64,000 nucleotides of DNA from positions 23,932,001 through 23,996,000 of the forward strand of contig NC_088853.1 in assembly GCF_963853765.1 (NCBI RefSeq). The letters run 5' to 3'. This document shows positions 1 through 12,698 of this stretch, piece by piece. The notes beneath the pieces were generated by a model. That model had not been told where the DNA came from. It worked only from the letters and a program-made list of their open reading frames with translations, and ran no database searches. The translations under genes and the position numbers were made by a program. Positions within the stretch are counted from its first letter, which is position 1, and every line of letters starts with the position of its first letter. The stretch comes from Magallana gigas. Its lineage: Eukaryota.

Positions 1-470
1 TAGATACCACTTGGCCCGTATGTGTAATATCTGTAACCAAGATAGAGAACTTATAGAACATTTGTATGTTGACTGCCTTGATGTCAAAGAAATAGTGCAA
101 TATCTTGAAGAATGGTCAAGAAGTAAGTCGAATTTTAATGACACTTTATAAACAAACTTTAACTAATTTTTCGTAAATTCAAAAGAAGAAACATTTAAAG
201 ACAACAAAACTAATTTATTCTTACAACTAAACAATTTATTTTTGCCAGTAAACATAATAATAACCCAAAATTTTCTACGCTCAATTAAAACACAATGATA
301 TAATAAGCATCGAGAAACTAATATTTCTTAAGAATTGTAAATTTAATGAGTATGATAAGCATTGGCATGCTATATCTATTACATGTATATCATACATTGT
401 GTTTATAAAATATGCAAGGATACTGCAATCAAAATAAATTATAAGTTTATGGATATTAAATAAAAAATTT
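1..470 (+). mobile_element. Degraded 3' end of an L1/Tx1-like LINE (zf-RVT remnant)
   Basis: The frame from position 2 reads RYHLARMCNICNQDRELIEHLYVDCLDVKEIVQYLEEW, matching the CxxC...ExxEHLxxxC zinc-knuckle that follows the RT domain in L1/Tx1 ORF2. Stops follow, then an A-rich tail (ttaaataaaaaa, ~457-468). Confidence 0.55.
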
Positions 471-2164
471 GGTAGCTATTGTTCCCCACTCTTTTCCCTC
501 TTTCACCCATTTCTACTAAGAATACTCAAACTTTTTATGGAGAAAGAGTCGATTAAAGAAAGTAATTGTCAGTGTTTGTGCATAAACACGAGTGCCTGTC
601 GTTGTATATACTTGTCTGTAAATTTACATGTTTATCCAGGGTATGTGACTGTGTTTATATATCTGTCTCTGGTGTACATATATGTATGTAATATGATACA
701 ATTGTAACATACCGCTTAATCATTTTATGTATATAATATACAATTCTTGTAGCAAAACAGGTAACTGACGAGTGGCATGGTAAGTATCAGGATAGAGGTG
801 TCTGTAGGTTTAAAATCACTTTGGCATTCACTTAAAACTTTGATATAGCATAGATATCAGGTGTGTGAAAAGCAGAATATTAGAATGAGGGTTAGATTTG
901 TATAGACATTTTAACAGAATTATTGAACAAATATGATCATACCTGAATTTTGTAATATATACTTAGAAAATGCGATATTTACCGTCGTAAACTGTTAACA
1001 ATATACAGTACGACATATATTTTTTCATCATTCGATATTTATAAATGCCTTAGTTTTCAACAGATGTGTTGAATGTTGTTTATTATTTACTGAAGGAGTA
1101 TTTGCATATATAAAATGTGATATCCTCTTTTTAATATTGTTAGATATGTACAATTACAATAAATAATATTAAATAATATTTCATTTAACACTTTGAGAAA
1201 ATTAAAGGAGGTTTTAAAAATTAATTGTAAAAGTACTTGATCGATATTGAAGTATTATATTGTTGTATATAACGCATTCATAGAGTAACTAATGTAATAG
1301 ATAAATTGATAGAGTTACCATTGGTTTTGAAATGATATGGTTTACTTTATTAGCACACATGCGTCTTTTAATGACGAGACCACAGGGGCCTAGCCCGTTT
1401 TAACATTATTTTTCAATGTAACCATAAATAGAGAAAGGGGTCGAACTCTGACCCAGATAAAAAACTACCAGCTCGCTTTAAAAGCCTGATAAATCAATTA
1501 TTTTTTACAACACTTGCAATATGCATGTATTTTTCAGACAAGTAATGTCTAAGATACACTCATGCCAAATTTCAAGTTGATGGGTCTTAAAATAGCGGAG
1601 ATATACGTCATTATTCTCTCGAAGTCGCCAGTTTATTTTACTCGGACATTTACCGGTGTTGTATAGCAGTTTTTCCCCCATAGTAGCTTCTCTCCCCGGA
1701 AAACCTACTATATAGTAGCCTTTCCCCCTGGGGGGAAAACCTACTATATAGTAGCTTTTCCCCCATAGTAGCGTTTCTCCCTCACGTTTTTTGTTCAGAT
1801 TTTATAAAAAATATTTATGGAAACCCAGTAAGGATTAAAATCAATGTTTTTATACTCCTAGGTTGTATATCTGCATTCATCTGTACATGTTAAGTTTCGT
1901 TTTGCCGATTAATTATTTTTATAGACAATGCCAAAAATTGAACATGTGCGTAATGGAATTATATGTAGAACTAAATTAATTCAGGTAATTAATTGAAAAA
2001 AAGTACTTGGTTTTACAAGATATACACTTATATGCATAATTCTGTGTTCTGAATTTTTAAGTGAACAATGTTTTGAGAGTTTTTTTAAATAAATCTATCA
2101 CTCCGTCTGCCTGTTTGTGCAATTTTAATGTAGGCTAAACCTCTGTTTTAGAGAAAAAAAAATT

Positions 2165-2345
2165 TCCGATGTTTCAGAGCCCGATGTTTAAAATCCTATT
2201 ATAATGAATATAGTGCATATTCTTTAGGGTGCCATATCTCATAAACTAGAGATAACCACATCACCATATATTCACAGTGGCAGTGGTTTACCACTTGTAG
2301 ACGACTCTGAAAATTTGAGCCCCCAGGGTAAGGGCCCTCGATGCA
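2165..2345 (+). repeat. ~170-bp repeat unit, copy 1 (related to 4020-4225)
   Basis: The segments gatgtttc..gagcccgatgtttaaaatcc..ttataatgaata..gccatatctca..aactagagat..catcaccatat and ctgaaaattt.agcccccaggg..aggg.cc recur in permuted order at 4020-4225. Confidence 0.65.
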
Positions 2346-4019
2346 GTGCAGTGCACGTGTGTAATCCTGATTTAAAAATAGATCAGCCACCATATTTGAA
2401 CTGTGAAAAAGGGGGAGGGGTCATCGCAACAAGTTGTAACATATTGTCTTTCTTTTGTACTTGCACTTAACAAGAGCAATAAACACCCCCAAAAAATACA
2501 ATATTTATTTTTTGCATTTGTGTTCTTGCATTACAGAAAGTCACTCCCACACAATCTGCAATATTCAACATCAAATATTCTGCAATATTCAACTTCAACA
2601 TCCGAAAACTTTTGAAGTTTTAATTTGACAAGCAGTTTGTCATATATGCTCAAGAGCACATTACCATAATACCGGCATACTCAATTAGAACCTTATCAAG
2701 TACTGATTACCACAACCATACACTTTAAACTTTCCCGTGCAAAGTTTGAACGCCAGAATGTATGCATATCGAACACGACTTACCTACAAAACCTTAAGCC
2801 CCGCCCCTATCTCTTATTGGCGTTTCCACAAAAGAAAATCATTTTATTCTAATTCACCGAGTTCAACCGAAATAAATTATATATAACGGTACGATGTGTT
2901 GGATTATCATTATTACAAGAGAGTCATCAGTTTGGATTAAAACAAATATATATTTATACAGCTGGAATGTTTACTGGAGGAACTAAATCGCCATGCGGGG
3001 TGTGACCCGATTTTCGTTCAGTTGGGCGATTTCATTAATCTTGAAAAGGGATCATAACTCGCGGGTCTTACTAAATGTACATTACTACTTTTAACAATTA
3101 TACTAATCAAGTGCGTTTTTTAATTCGATAGATTTCTTCCAAAACATCCGATCCAATGTATGATATACATGTATGTAGCTGTTACAAAACAAATGTCAAA
3201 AAATTCATCTGTCCCCCTCCCCATGGATCTCTGCCAATGGATGAGTTCATTGGTTGCGTAAACGGTAATAGCAGGACTTCGCGCCATAATGTCTCATTTA
3301 TAGTTTTTGCGCGCCGATTAGTTGACGAGTCCGTTGGGGTCATGCGAATACCCCTGTGTTTTCATCACAGGCACGTAGCATCAGCTTGCACTTTTCTTAA
3401 CTTTATGTGATAAATGGAAATATCATGGATTTGCCCCCCCCCCCTCAACTTTTGTAGGAGCATATGCAATAAATGAAACTGCAAAAAGGAATTCTAATTG
3501 AATTGAAGTTACAGTTAGGGTTTTCTTTCATGAATTTGAGAATTCACCCCTTTTAATTGCTTGTCAAGATGATTTTGATGAAGCTGCCCACACACATTCA
3601 AAAACAATACGTGTTTGTATACCCTTTTATATGGTTGGAAATTTTTTTAAATGTCTTTCAGTTGATTTTGCATCTTAATACAAGTTTAAAAAACTAATAT
3701 TTAATCTCCAGCTTTCAAGCTTACATGCATTTATGATATGTGTACATTCCTAAAAAATTGAATTAATAAAATAAATGAATTTCAAGTGATATAATTTTAT
3801 GTACATGCTCTAGATCGAAGAAAAGACTGACATTTCGTCTTAAATTTGCACGTTCCGTTTATAAATTTATGACCAGCAGCAAAAATTAAAATTCATTTCT
3901 GATAAGATAGCTTAATTGATACATGCACGCTTCCATTGAATGATTTTGTTTAGTCAGACAAGCTTTTTGGAAAGCTATTACTTGTGATTGAATAGTGTTC
4001 TATAAGTGGGGCCCGGATC

Positions 4020-4225
4020 TCAAATTCTAGAGATGACCACTAAACCATATTTTCTCAGTGGTAGTTGTATAGCACTAGTATATGACCCTGAAAATTTTAG
4101 CCCCCAGGGAAGGGGTCCTTGATGTTTCCGAGTCCGATGTTTAAAATCCAATTATAATGAATAGTGTATTTTTTAGGGCCATATATCTCAAAAACTAGAG
4201 ATGACAACATCACCATATTTTTACG
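4020..4225 (+). repeat. ~170-bp repeat unit, copy 2 (circularly permuted, about 1.2 units)
   Basis: Same motifs as 2165-2345, starting at ctagagatgacc and wrapping round to ctagagatgac again. Confidence 0.65.
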
Positions 4226-6994
4226 GTCATTTAAAATTAAAAACATCATTTGAAAATACACACTCACTTATATATTTCCTTATCAAAATTGTTAAAAATT
4301 ACGTTTAATTCTGCTTTTCTTTTTTTACGAACAAAAATATTTTTTAAAAAAAGGGACGCGGTTAAATTGATTATTCTTTAAAACATTTTATCAATTCATA
4401 AGATGACTAATCGTATAATAAATAACTTAATAAATAAATCAATAAATTTTTATTCATAAAAGTAGCAACCGAAAAACAAAAATAAATAACCAACAAAAGC
4501 GCACTTGATATACGGCTTTTTTTTTACTTGCCAATCGATTAAAAGAACAAGCTTATATCTAAAAAAAATTAGTCAGCTCATCACCAAAAAAATGTGTTAG
4601 TTTTAATTTTTAATAACCTTTTTCATTGTTCAAAGAAATAATATGGTATACAAGTAAATCTTTATTGCAAAAATATGAAATAAATAGTATGATACGATTT
4701 TTAGTTAAGTGAATCGTATATCTTTTTTTATATGGCATCGTTTTTAAAATTGTATATGTATAAACCACGTTAACGTTGCAAAATAAAAAACGGAAAAATT
4801 AGCACGCAGTGAATGATAATATATACATAAGGTTAGTTCAGGCTCCATTTCATATTTTTCAAAGTAACCAGCAAAAATACTTACTTTGTTCTGGATGTAA
4901 AGTTACATTTAAAAAAAAAAAAATGTTTACATCATAAAACCTCGCGTTTCATAAAAAATGTGCTTAAAGACATGAATATAAATATCCGTGACTTTAAAAC
5001 AAAATTGTAAATACTAACTTTACACAAGCCTTTAATACATAATTAATTATAATACCCCTTACCCATGACTTATAACCCAATCAATCGAAGTAAAACATTT
5101 CAGTTTCTCATCATATCATTGCACCCTTTCTCTCGTTTGATATTTAGAAGTAAAATATACGATTATATTTAAGATCGTTCAATTCTAACGGTATTAATTT
5201 ATTCCCTTCCTCTACAAAATTAAGTCAAGATTGGTCAGTTAGTTTCCTGGGAGGAGCTTTTTCATAGATGATAATACATGAGAAAATTAGAGTTCCAAAC
5301 CGGCGTACTTTCACTCAAATGTATTCTGACGTGTTCTGTGAAAAATGTCAATGTCATAACGTCGAAGTCAAAAGTGTAGATAAGCATCGTTTAGATAAAA
5401 AAGATTAGAGGTATTCCGAAACCCGTGTAAAAGATGTTCCAAAAAGGTGTAACAAATGGTGAAATAAATGGTGATGACACAGGAATGTTATGAAGGCGCG
5501 TGCCTTTGTTCATATCAGGGGTGAAAAAAACATGTATTTTATTCTATGTATTAATATTTGCCATAATTATCTTTTATTATGAGAAATTCATATCATATCA
5601 GTTATTGCAAATTATTGCCAAGAATGGTCCGCCTTAAACACGACCGGAATGTAAAAAAAGGGGGAAAATGTACTATATAGTAGGTTTTCCGTGGGGGTAA
5701 TCTGGCTATAAAAAGGGGGAAAACCCACTATATAGTCAGCTTTCCGTGGGGGAAAAACTGCTATATAGCCATTTTTCCGGGGGGAAAAACTACTATATAG
5801 CCATTTTTCCTGGGGGAAAGATGGCCAGGGGGAAAAGGCACTATATAACACCGGTCCAGGGCTCACGATGAGATTTTGCCTATGACAACAGCAGTATTGC
5901 AACAAGTCGAGAAACATTCTCACTAATCTTTTAAAATCTCACATCAAACACACGCTACTTACATCCTTAAATTCCGATAAAATTCCTTAAATACTATCCA
6001 AACTGTACATTTATTCTGCAGCCACATCAACTTTGTTTAGTATTGTAAACGTAATGTAAACGTATCCGGGCTATCAAAATTAAATCATACATCTCTTTGA
6101 TAAAACCAAAAGGTGTAAGTATTACGTAGGCATATGTCACTTCAATTTACATTCACAAAAGTATTAAATGTACATGAACCCAATATTACATGAACAACAG
6201 AAATAATGATCGACGGTGTCAAAATATGTTGTCTCCTAATCAAATCGTTTTTATTTCAACCAACTGTACATTGCATTGTATTTTGAAAATGTTTGAAGAA
6301 GTCCACTTATTCTCATAGAAATGGACTATCACGATTTCCATTCATGTTTTGTTTACTTCGGTGCCATGCCTGACTCTTTAAATGCAAGCAGGTCTTGCAT
6401 CTATTTTTAACGATGCGCGTGTCTTGTAGATTCTCCAATGCTATTATTACTGTACTACATATTCATTGTTGCCATTACCAGTTTGTTAGTAAATTTATGC
6501 AATGTGCTGCACAGGTTTTGTTAAAAATATTCCATTATTATGCAATGAGATGTATTTCTTACGCAATAAAGAAAGTTGATCTGCCTAAACACCCCCCCCC
6601 CCAAACCAAAATAAAAAATAATAAAGTCGAAGTGTATTTTAAAGCCAAAGTCTGTATTGTTTTTTAACCGTCAAATCTATTTGTGCGAATTTTGCCTAAA
6701 CTCATTATTATATTTTTTATATTATACTTTACCTAATGTTTGCGTTTTTATTGGTTTTGACTCGTAAAAACCTGATCCATTTCTTCACTAGCTTAATTCG
6801 ATTTTCAAGATAAACATGTTTAAAGAGTTGCGATAAATGAATAAATGTAAACTAATAGCAGAAGAGATGCGATCCTTATTAAATGCATTAGTGTAATTTT
6901 TTGGCATTCCCCACATACACTCCTGATATGCACAGTTATTACAAGTACTAAAAGCAAACAGGGGAATAAGGCGTTTAAAATGAAGCCATATTTT

Positions 6995-7128
6995 NNNNNN
7001 NNNNNNNNNNNNNNNNNNNNNNNNNNNNNNNNNNNNNNNNNNNNNNNNNNNNNNNNNNNNNNNNNNNNNNNNNNNNNNNNNNNNNNNNNNNNNNNNNNNN
7101 NNNNNNNNNNNNNNNNNNNNNNNNNNNN
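6995..7128. other. Assembly gap (N run)
   Basis: 134 consecutive n characters. Confidence 1.
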
Positions 7129-7434
7129 GTTTGATATTATTCTTGAAAACGTGCTGTATATCAAATTTATTTTCTAGATCAGACTATAATGCGCTATGAT
7201 TGAATTACTTTTTTTATTTAATATTTGTTTTTTAATTGTAAATTAAATATTTATCAATTAATCTAAAAATTAAATGAATTTGTAGTATAGTGAACAATCC
7301 ATATTGAGTTCCTAGCCAATATATAATATCTATTCTTTTTTTTTTCTTTCATCATTTTATTCCTTAACTCCTCATTTGCTTGGTACAAATTGATGGAGAA
7401 ACGTGTCCACTTTCCCAATTTAGATGACCAATGG

Positions 7435-7439
<5 letters not shown>

Positions 7440-7475
<36 letters not shown>
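7440..7475. repeat. (CT)n microsatellite
   Basis: An uninterrupted ctctct run of about 36 bp. Confidence 0.95.
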
Positions 7476-7478
<3 letters not shown>

Positions 7479-7678
7479 TTTATTTTAGAGTCCATATTTT
7501 GTGCATATTGTTGATAATACACTTTAATTTGTAAAAGATGCATGGAAATGTTAAGAAATGCTCAGTCGCTATTGTTTGTGTTTGACAATATGTACGCCCC
7601 CTTTTTATCTGGTCTTATGTAACCTAATCCTCCAATATTTTCTTCAAATAAGAGTGGATAGTTTGAAAATATGATTTA

Positions 7679-7864
7679 CTGTGGAATCATTTAATTTCGT
7701 GGGGGCCAATTTTCGTGGATTGCGGGATTTTCGCTTATTCATGGGGATGTAATTTCGTGGATGCGTCGGTTTTCGGTTTCAGTAGCTAAACTAAATCTTT
7801 AATGATTCGTTTTCTTGGAGGATTACGAAAAATTGAGCCACCTCGAATTCTAATGATTCCACAG
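7679..7864. mobile_element. Tc1/mariner-type MITE
   Basis: TA|ctgtggaatcatt ... aatgattccacag|TA, with an imperfect TIR of about 24 bp and a TA target duplication. Confidence 0.8.
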
Positions 7865-8699
7865 TATACAGACATGTTCCGTCAAGTTAAGTGACAAAAA
7901 TCTTATGTATATGTCTAACATTTGAAGTCTATTTTAAATGTAGACCTCAAGATATACAGAATAAAGTTCAAATGTTCATCTGTTTCTTTTTTCATGTTTT
8001 GGCAAATGTAAAATTTATAATGCATCAACAAAAAAAATCTTTTCGTTTGATGTTTTTCTTTTACTGATATCTGTAATTTATTCTTTTTCTTCCATTTTAT
8101 ATTAAGAAGCAGTATTATGCCATTTTATCTGATAAAACTCATACATTAGAAAAGCACTAAATTGCATTTACAATTATATAACATAAATTATATCTACCTT
8201 GTCAGGGAAGGGGGGTGGGGCGAACATTTGAAATTTATTAAATTCACTTAGTAAATTTACCAAAAATAAGCCTCGGACACCCCTGTCCTACCCAACAAAC
8301 ACAAATATTCTTTAAACCCTCTCCACACCTTCGAAAAACTTTTATCCAGCCGCGCATGTGACGGCAATTAAACCAATAGATTTACTTGGTTTTCTTTAAC
8401 TCTTTACTGAATTTTAATTGAACTGTCTAAAAATGATTTTTAGTTCGAATAGTTATTACATATTTAATATGATTCATTCAGAGCAAAAAAAGATTAAAGG
8501 CAAAAATTCTAGCGATAACATTTTGCAATATGGAACCAGACTGATGTAAAAAAAAAATTGGGATTTTAAACAAATTGCCACCCTCACAATGGAAGGGGTC
8601 CTATGTCCCGCGGCCACAAATAGACTCTAGACACGCGACGTTGCGAGGACAACAAACAGCCAGATAACGGCGATAGCGATAAACGGGAAGTAATTCTGA

Positions 8700-8790
8700 T
8701 AATCTTATCAGACGTCACCAGGGCAGGACCAGTCGTGTTACGGACACGCATTCCAGACAGTTAGAGTTTGTGTCATTTCTTGTTAACAAG
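8700..8790 (+). other. Probable non-coding first exon of the TRIM-like gene
   Basis: A GC-richer island (8630-8790) ends in the donor AAG|GTATGT at 8790/8791. The matching acceptor is tttttttcgtAG at 11028-11029, just before the ATG. The 5' boundary is approximate. Confidence 0.5.
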
Positions 8791-9143
8791 GTATGTAATC
8801 GATCTATGAATACATATTCACCCAAATACCACATATTTTGCTAGATAATATAGCTATGCTGATTAAAATATAAAATTCTAATTATGTTAGAAATTCAGCT
8901 ACTTTCGCTTTGAATATAATATGATATATTTAATCAGTTCAATAAACTAGTGATTTAAACTGAATAGATTTGTTTCATTATAAAAAAATAATTTATAAAC
9001 TTAATTATATTTTTTTAATATATATCATTATCTCTATTAACGTCCGGCATAGAAAAATTAGGCTGAAAGAGTGTTTAAGGTGAACTTTAAGTAAAAATCG
9101 ATAAAATTTATTTTATACACATAAAATCAATAAAGTATATGTA

Positions 9144-10952
9144 CAGACCCTGAAACGTACTACTACACCACACGCTCGCTGCACGCTCGCTAAACGGTTC
9201 ACGCTGAACGGTTTACACGAAACGCTGCACGCTTTGCCCGAAACGCTAAACGATTTACACGAAACGCTGAACGGTTTACACGAAACGATTCTCGCACGAA
9301 ACGATTTGCTCGCTTTTCACACGCTTTGGACGCGCTTTTATCCTGATCGATTCGGTTCCTCTCGGATTTTTTCCCTGACTCTGTTAGTAAGAATTAATTT
9401 TAAGAAAACACGAAATAAAAGAAATACCGATATTAGAAACGTATATGTACATAAGTGTTGAATTGATTAATTAGATTAATTTGGTACTTATATTTAAAGC
9501 AAAAAAATATTTATTCACAGAATTAGCCAAAAATATTACTTCTATAAATATATTTATTGCTCAAAAGAAATATCCATGATTCTTTTTAGTGCCGTAAATA
9601 ATAAAAATTCAAGAGAAAAAAGTGACCGTAACACAATATTCAATACCAAAAATAAAATCCGTATGATTACAAACTGAAATCGGTTTTTCAGTATTCGGCG
9701 AGATTTTTTTTTCTTCTCACATTAATATTGTTATTGGTTTCAGAGAACACGATGTAAAAATACTAACAGTAAATAAACCTGTAATTATTTACATTGATAA
9801 TTTTGAAAGTTATGTGAAATAAAATTATTCACATAAGTTAAAAAAATGCTATAAAACAACCGATTGATTTTTCTTATGTCGAGTCTTTCGCGTAAATAAA
9901 TGTTCCGTACATAATATCACAGAAAAAAAAATCAATCGATGAAACAATAAAGAAAGTTGTCTATTTACTATTTCGGATAGAACAAAAAAATAAAAAATGA
10001 TTCAAATTTTTGTCTCAATATTCGTATACATAACCGGCGCCCCGCATAACGGCGTACAATATATCTATCATAATCTATTTGAATTCAGTACAGTGCACAT
10101 AGATTCCCATAATAATTAATTGCATGTGTACATTTTAGGAAAATTTCAGTGTGTTAATTACTTGTTGTTTTCCGTTATCAGTGTTTAAATAATTAAAATA
10201 ATAATTTGTAGAAATATTTTTAATCGGGATGCAGAAGAATTTACTTTCCGCCTTTTATAGAAATGAACAGACTATTTCCTTTCTATGTTTACATTTAATT
10301 TTGTTCAAATTAATGTTAAATAATCTATAATTGAAATTGTGTGCATCATCAAATACTGATTCCGACTACCTTGAAGTCATTAAATTTCTATTGGCTATTG
10401 ACAAAAAAAGAGACGAGTGACCATCCAATGAAAACGAATACACAGAGTTTGATTGACAGGTTCAGCCAGGTGCAGGTCTTACCCGATGTCCGAGGTTATG
10501 TGTACTGGTTGTACACAGATGAATAGTCTCAATAAATACGCGTACGTTTCTTTTGTTTGTTAAAAATTAATTCAATTTTGTAAAAAGATAAGTATATCAT
10601 TTCTTATAGTTTTTTTTCACGAGAATATCTCAAAGGAGTTTTGCCAATCACAAACAGTTTAAAACGATATTTAACACGAGCGCTATTTTGAAACAATTAA
10701 ATTGTCAGAGAGTTCCGAATGAAATCAGATGAACGTTTCTCACGGTTCTCGCACGCTTTGCCCGAAACGATTTACACGCTTTGCCCGAAACGCTGCACGC
10801 TTTGCCCGAAACGCTAAACGGTTTACACGAAACGCTTCACGATTCACACGAAACGCTAAACGGTTTACACGAAACGCTAAACGGTTTACACGAAACGTTT
10901 CTCGCACGAAAGTCGCACGCTTTTTTGGTGTAGTAGTACGTTTCAGGGTCTG
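9144..10952. mobile_element. 1.8-kb non-autonomous TA-TSD TIR transposon in the TRIM 5' intron
   Basis: Perfect 27-bp TIR cagaccctgaaacgtactactacacca at both ends, flanked by TA on each side. Arrays of a 21-bp unit (cacgaaacgctaaacggttta) lie at about 9175-9335 and 10730-10915. The 75-aa and 76-aa ORFs in the track are translations of these repeats. Confidence 0.85.
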
Positions 10953-11036
10953 TACATGACTGTATGCATGAATTTTTTATATTTATAATTGAACAAACAT
11001 TCTTACGTATTTGATTTTTTTTTTCGTAGAAGAACA

Positions 11037-12698
11037 ATGGATCCTTATTCTTGTGGCCAGGATGTGCCCCGATGTGACCTTTGTGAGACCGCAATTGTAC
11101 ACAGCTACTGTGACCTTTGTTATGCCAACCTCTGCAAGCCCTGCATCGGAGAACACATCTCTGATGGATATGAAAAACATAAAATAGTCCCATTTCAGAA
11201 CCGAAGATCAACATTGATTTATCCAAAATGTAAAACACATCAAAGCAAAAATTGTGAATTACAATGCAAAGATTGCAGCATTTTTGTCTGTTCTACCTGT
11301 ACTGCATCAAAACAGCACAAGGGACATAATTTTGTAGAAGTTACAGAACTTTACAAGACACAGAAAGAAGTAATTGAAAAAGACACAAAAGAGTTGGAGA
11401 ATAATATTTCTTCCACGTATGAAGAAATTGCACTGGACTTGGAAAAACAGCTTGCCAACCTGGATGGAGGATATGAGAAACTTACAACAACGATTTCTAA
11501 ACAAGGAGAGCAATGGCACAGAGAAATAGACATCATCATCAACAAAATGAAATCTGAAATCGGCGAGATAAATGTAAAACACAGGGACATTTTAAAGAAA
11601 CATTTGGATGAAATCAAACAGATTCAGTATCTGATAAAACAAACATTTCTCGCCTTGAAGAAAATTGAGAAATCCACTGATATATCTCCTACCATTGAAT
11701 ACAACTCTAAGATCAGAGAGTTTCGAAAACTTCCTCCCAAGGTTCATGTATCCAATCCAACATTCATTTCAAAACCAATAGACCATGAGAAGCTGTACAG
11801 TTTGTTTGGACAGATCACCCCATTTTCTACTGCTACAGAAGAAAATAACTTGTCACAAAACCAACCAAACACTTCAGTTAAAGCGCTACTGGATGAACCA
11901 GAGCTTGTTGCCACAATACAAACAGGGCATGACAATGTAATGGGTGTCTCCTGTCTTAATGGCGACAAGATATGGACAAGTGGATTGACCAATGATATCA
12001 AATGCTATAACACTAAAGGCGTGTTACTTCAGACAATCAAACATACTTCAGGAAATTGCCCAAACGATATAGCTGTAGACAGTGATGGGAATCTTCTATA
12101 CCTTTGTGGGACAACGAGGACAGTTAATAAAGTAAAGAATCGCCAGACAAAAGTGTTGATCAGATTGCAGGGTTGGGCACCATCAAAGCTGTGTGTCACC
12201 TCTACAGGTGATCTCCTGGTTACTATGTACAGTGATGATATAACTCAATCCAAAGTTGTCCGTTACTCGGGATCTATAGAGAAACAAACAATTCAATATG
12301 ACAAAGAAGAAGAACCTCTGTACTCAGGTATTTCTAAAATTAAATTCATCACTGAGAACAGAAACCATGACATCTGTGTAGCTGATTGTGGGGCTCGTGC
12401 AGTGGTGGTAGTTAATCAGAACGGGAAACTTAGATGGAGATACACCGGTCATCCCTCAGTTACCAAGAAGGAACCATTTCAACCACGTGATATCACAACA
12501 GACAGTCAAAGTCGTATCCTAACATCAGACAGAAGCAAAAATTGTATCCACATTCTGAATCAGAATGGACAGTTTATCCGTTACATTGATAACTGTGATC
12601 TTGACTGTCCTTGGGGTTTATGTGTGGACAATAATGACAATCTGTTTGTGTGTGAGTTTTTCAAAAGCAATGTAAAACAAATTAAGTATTTAGGGTAG
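11037..12698 (+). CDS. B-box / coiled-coil / NHL-repeat TRIM-like protein without RING (553 aa, single coding exon)
   Basis: The ATG at 11037 lies 7 nt after the splice acceptor. B-box1 is CDLC..CDLCYANLCKPCIGEH, B-box2 is CKTH..CELQCKDCSIFVCSTCTASKQHKGH, then a coiled-coil, then NHL repeats (PNDIAVDSDG, PRDITTDSQSRIL, PWGLCVDNNDNLFV). This architecture is typical of the family expanded in oysters. Confidence 0.9.
   Translation: MDPYSCGQDVPRCDLCETAIVHSYCDLCYANLCKPCIGEHISDGYEKHKIVPFQNRRSTLIYPKCKTHQSKNCELQCKDCSIFVCSTCTASKQHKGHNFVEVTELYKTQKEVIEKDTKELENNISSTYEEIALDLEKQLANLDGGYEKLTTTISKQGEQWHREIDIIINKMKSEIGEINVKHRDILKKHLDEIKQIQYLIKQTFLALKKIEKSTDISPTIEYNSKIREFRKLPPKVHVSNPTFISKPIDHEKLYSLFGQITPFSTATEENNLSQNQPNTSVKALLDEPELVATIQTGHDNVMGVSCLNGDKIWTSGLTNDIKCYNTKGVLLQTIKHTSGNCPNDIAVDSDGNLLYLCGTTRTVNKVKNRQTKVLIRLQGWAPSKLCVTSTGDLLVTMYSDDITQSKVVRYSGSIEKQTIQYDKEEEPLYSGISKIKFITENRNHDICVADCGARAVVVVNQNGKLRWRYTGHPSVTKKEPFQPRDITTDSQSRILTSDRSKNCIHILNQNGQFIRYIDNCDLDCPWGLCVDNNDNLFVCEFFKSNVKQIKYLG

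Larger units (their letters stand above)
1652..5855. mobile_element. ~4.2-kb non-autonomous TIR DNA transposon with subterminal repeats
   Basis: The left end accggtgttgtatag (1652) is the inverted match of the right end ctatataacaccggt (5855). Both ends carry arrays of an approximately 30-bp gggggaaaa..ctatatagc..ttttcc unit in inverted orientation (1660-1790 and 5660-5850). The flanks are TA and TC, possibly a mutated TA TSD. No transposase ORF is present. Confidence 0.7.

Noticed and set aside
5612-5923. 103-aa ORF with repeated LYSxFSP / YIxxFPP motifs
   Set aside because: It is a translation of the subterminal repeat array of the 1652-5855 element.
9234-9461. 75-aa ORF and the similar 76-aa ORF at 10729-10959 with repeated ETLNGLH / FTRNAKR peptides
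   Set aside because: They are translations of the 21-bp subterminal repeats of a transposon, not genes.
10989-11036. N-terminal extension of the 569-aa ORF (MNKHSYVFDFFFRRRT)
   Set aside because: It runs through a polypyrimidine tract and AG acceptor, and the called start is a TTG. The real start is the ATG at 11037.
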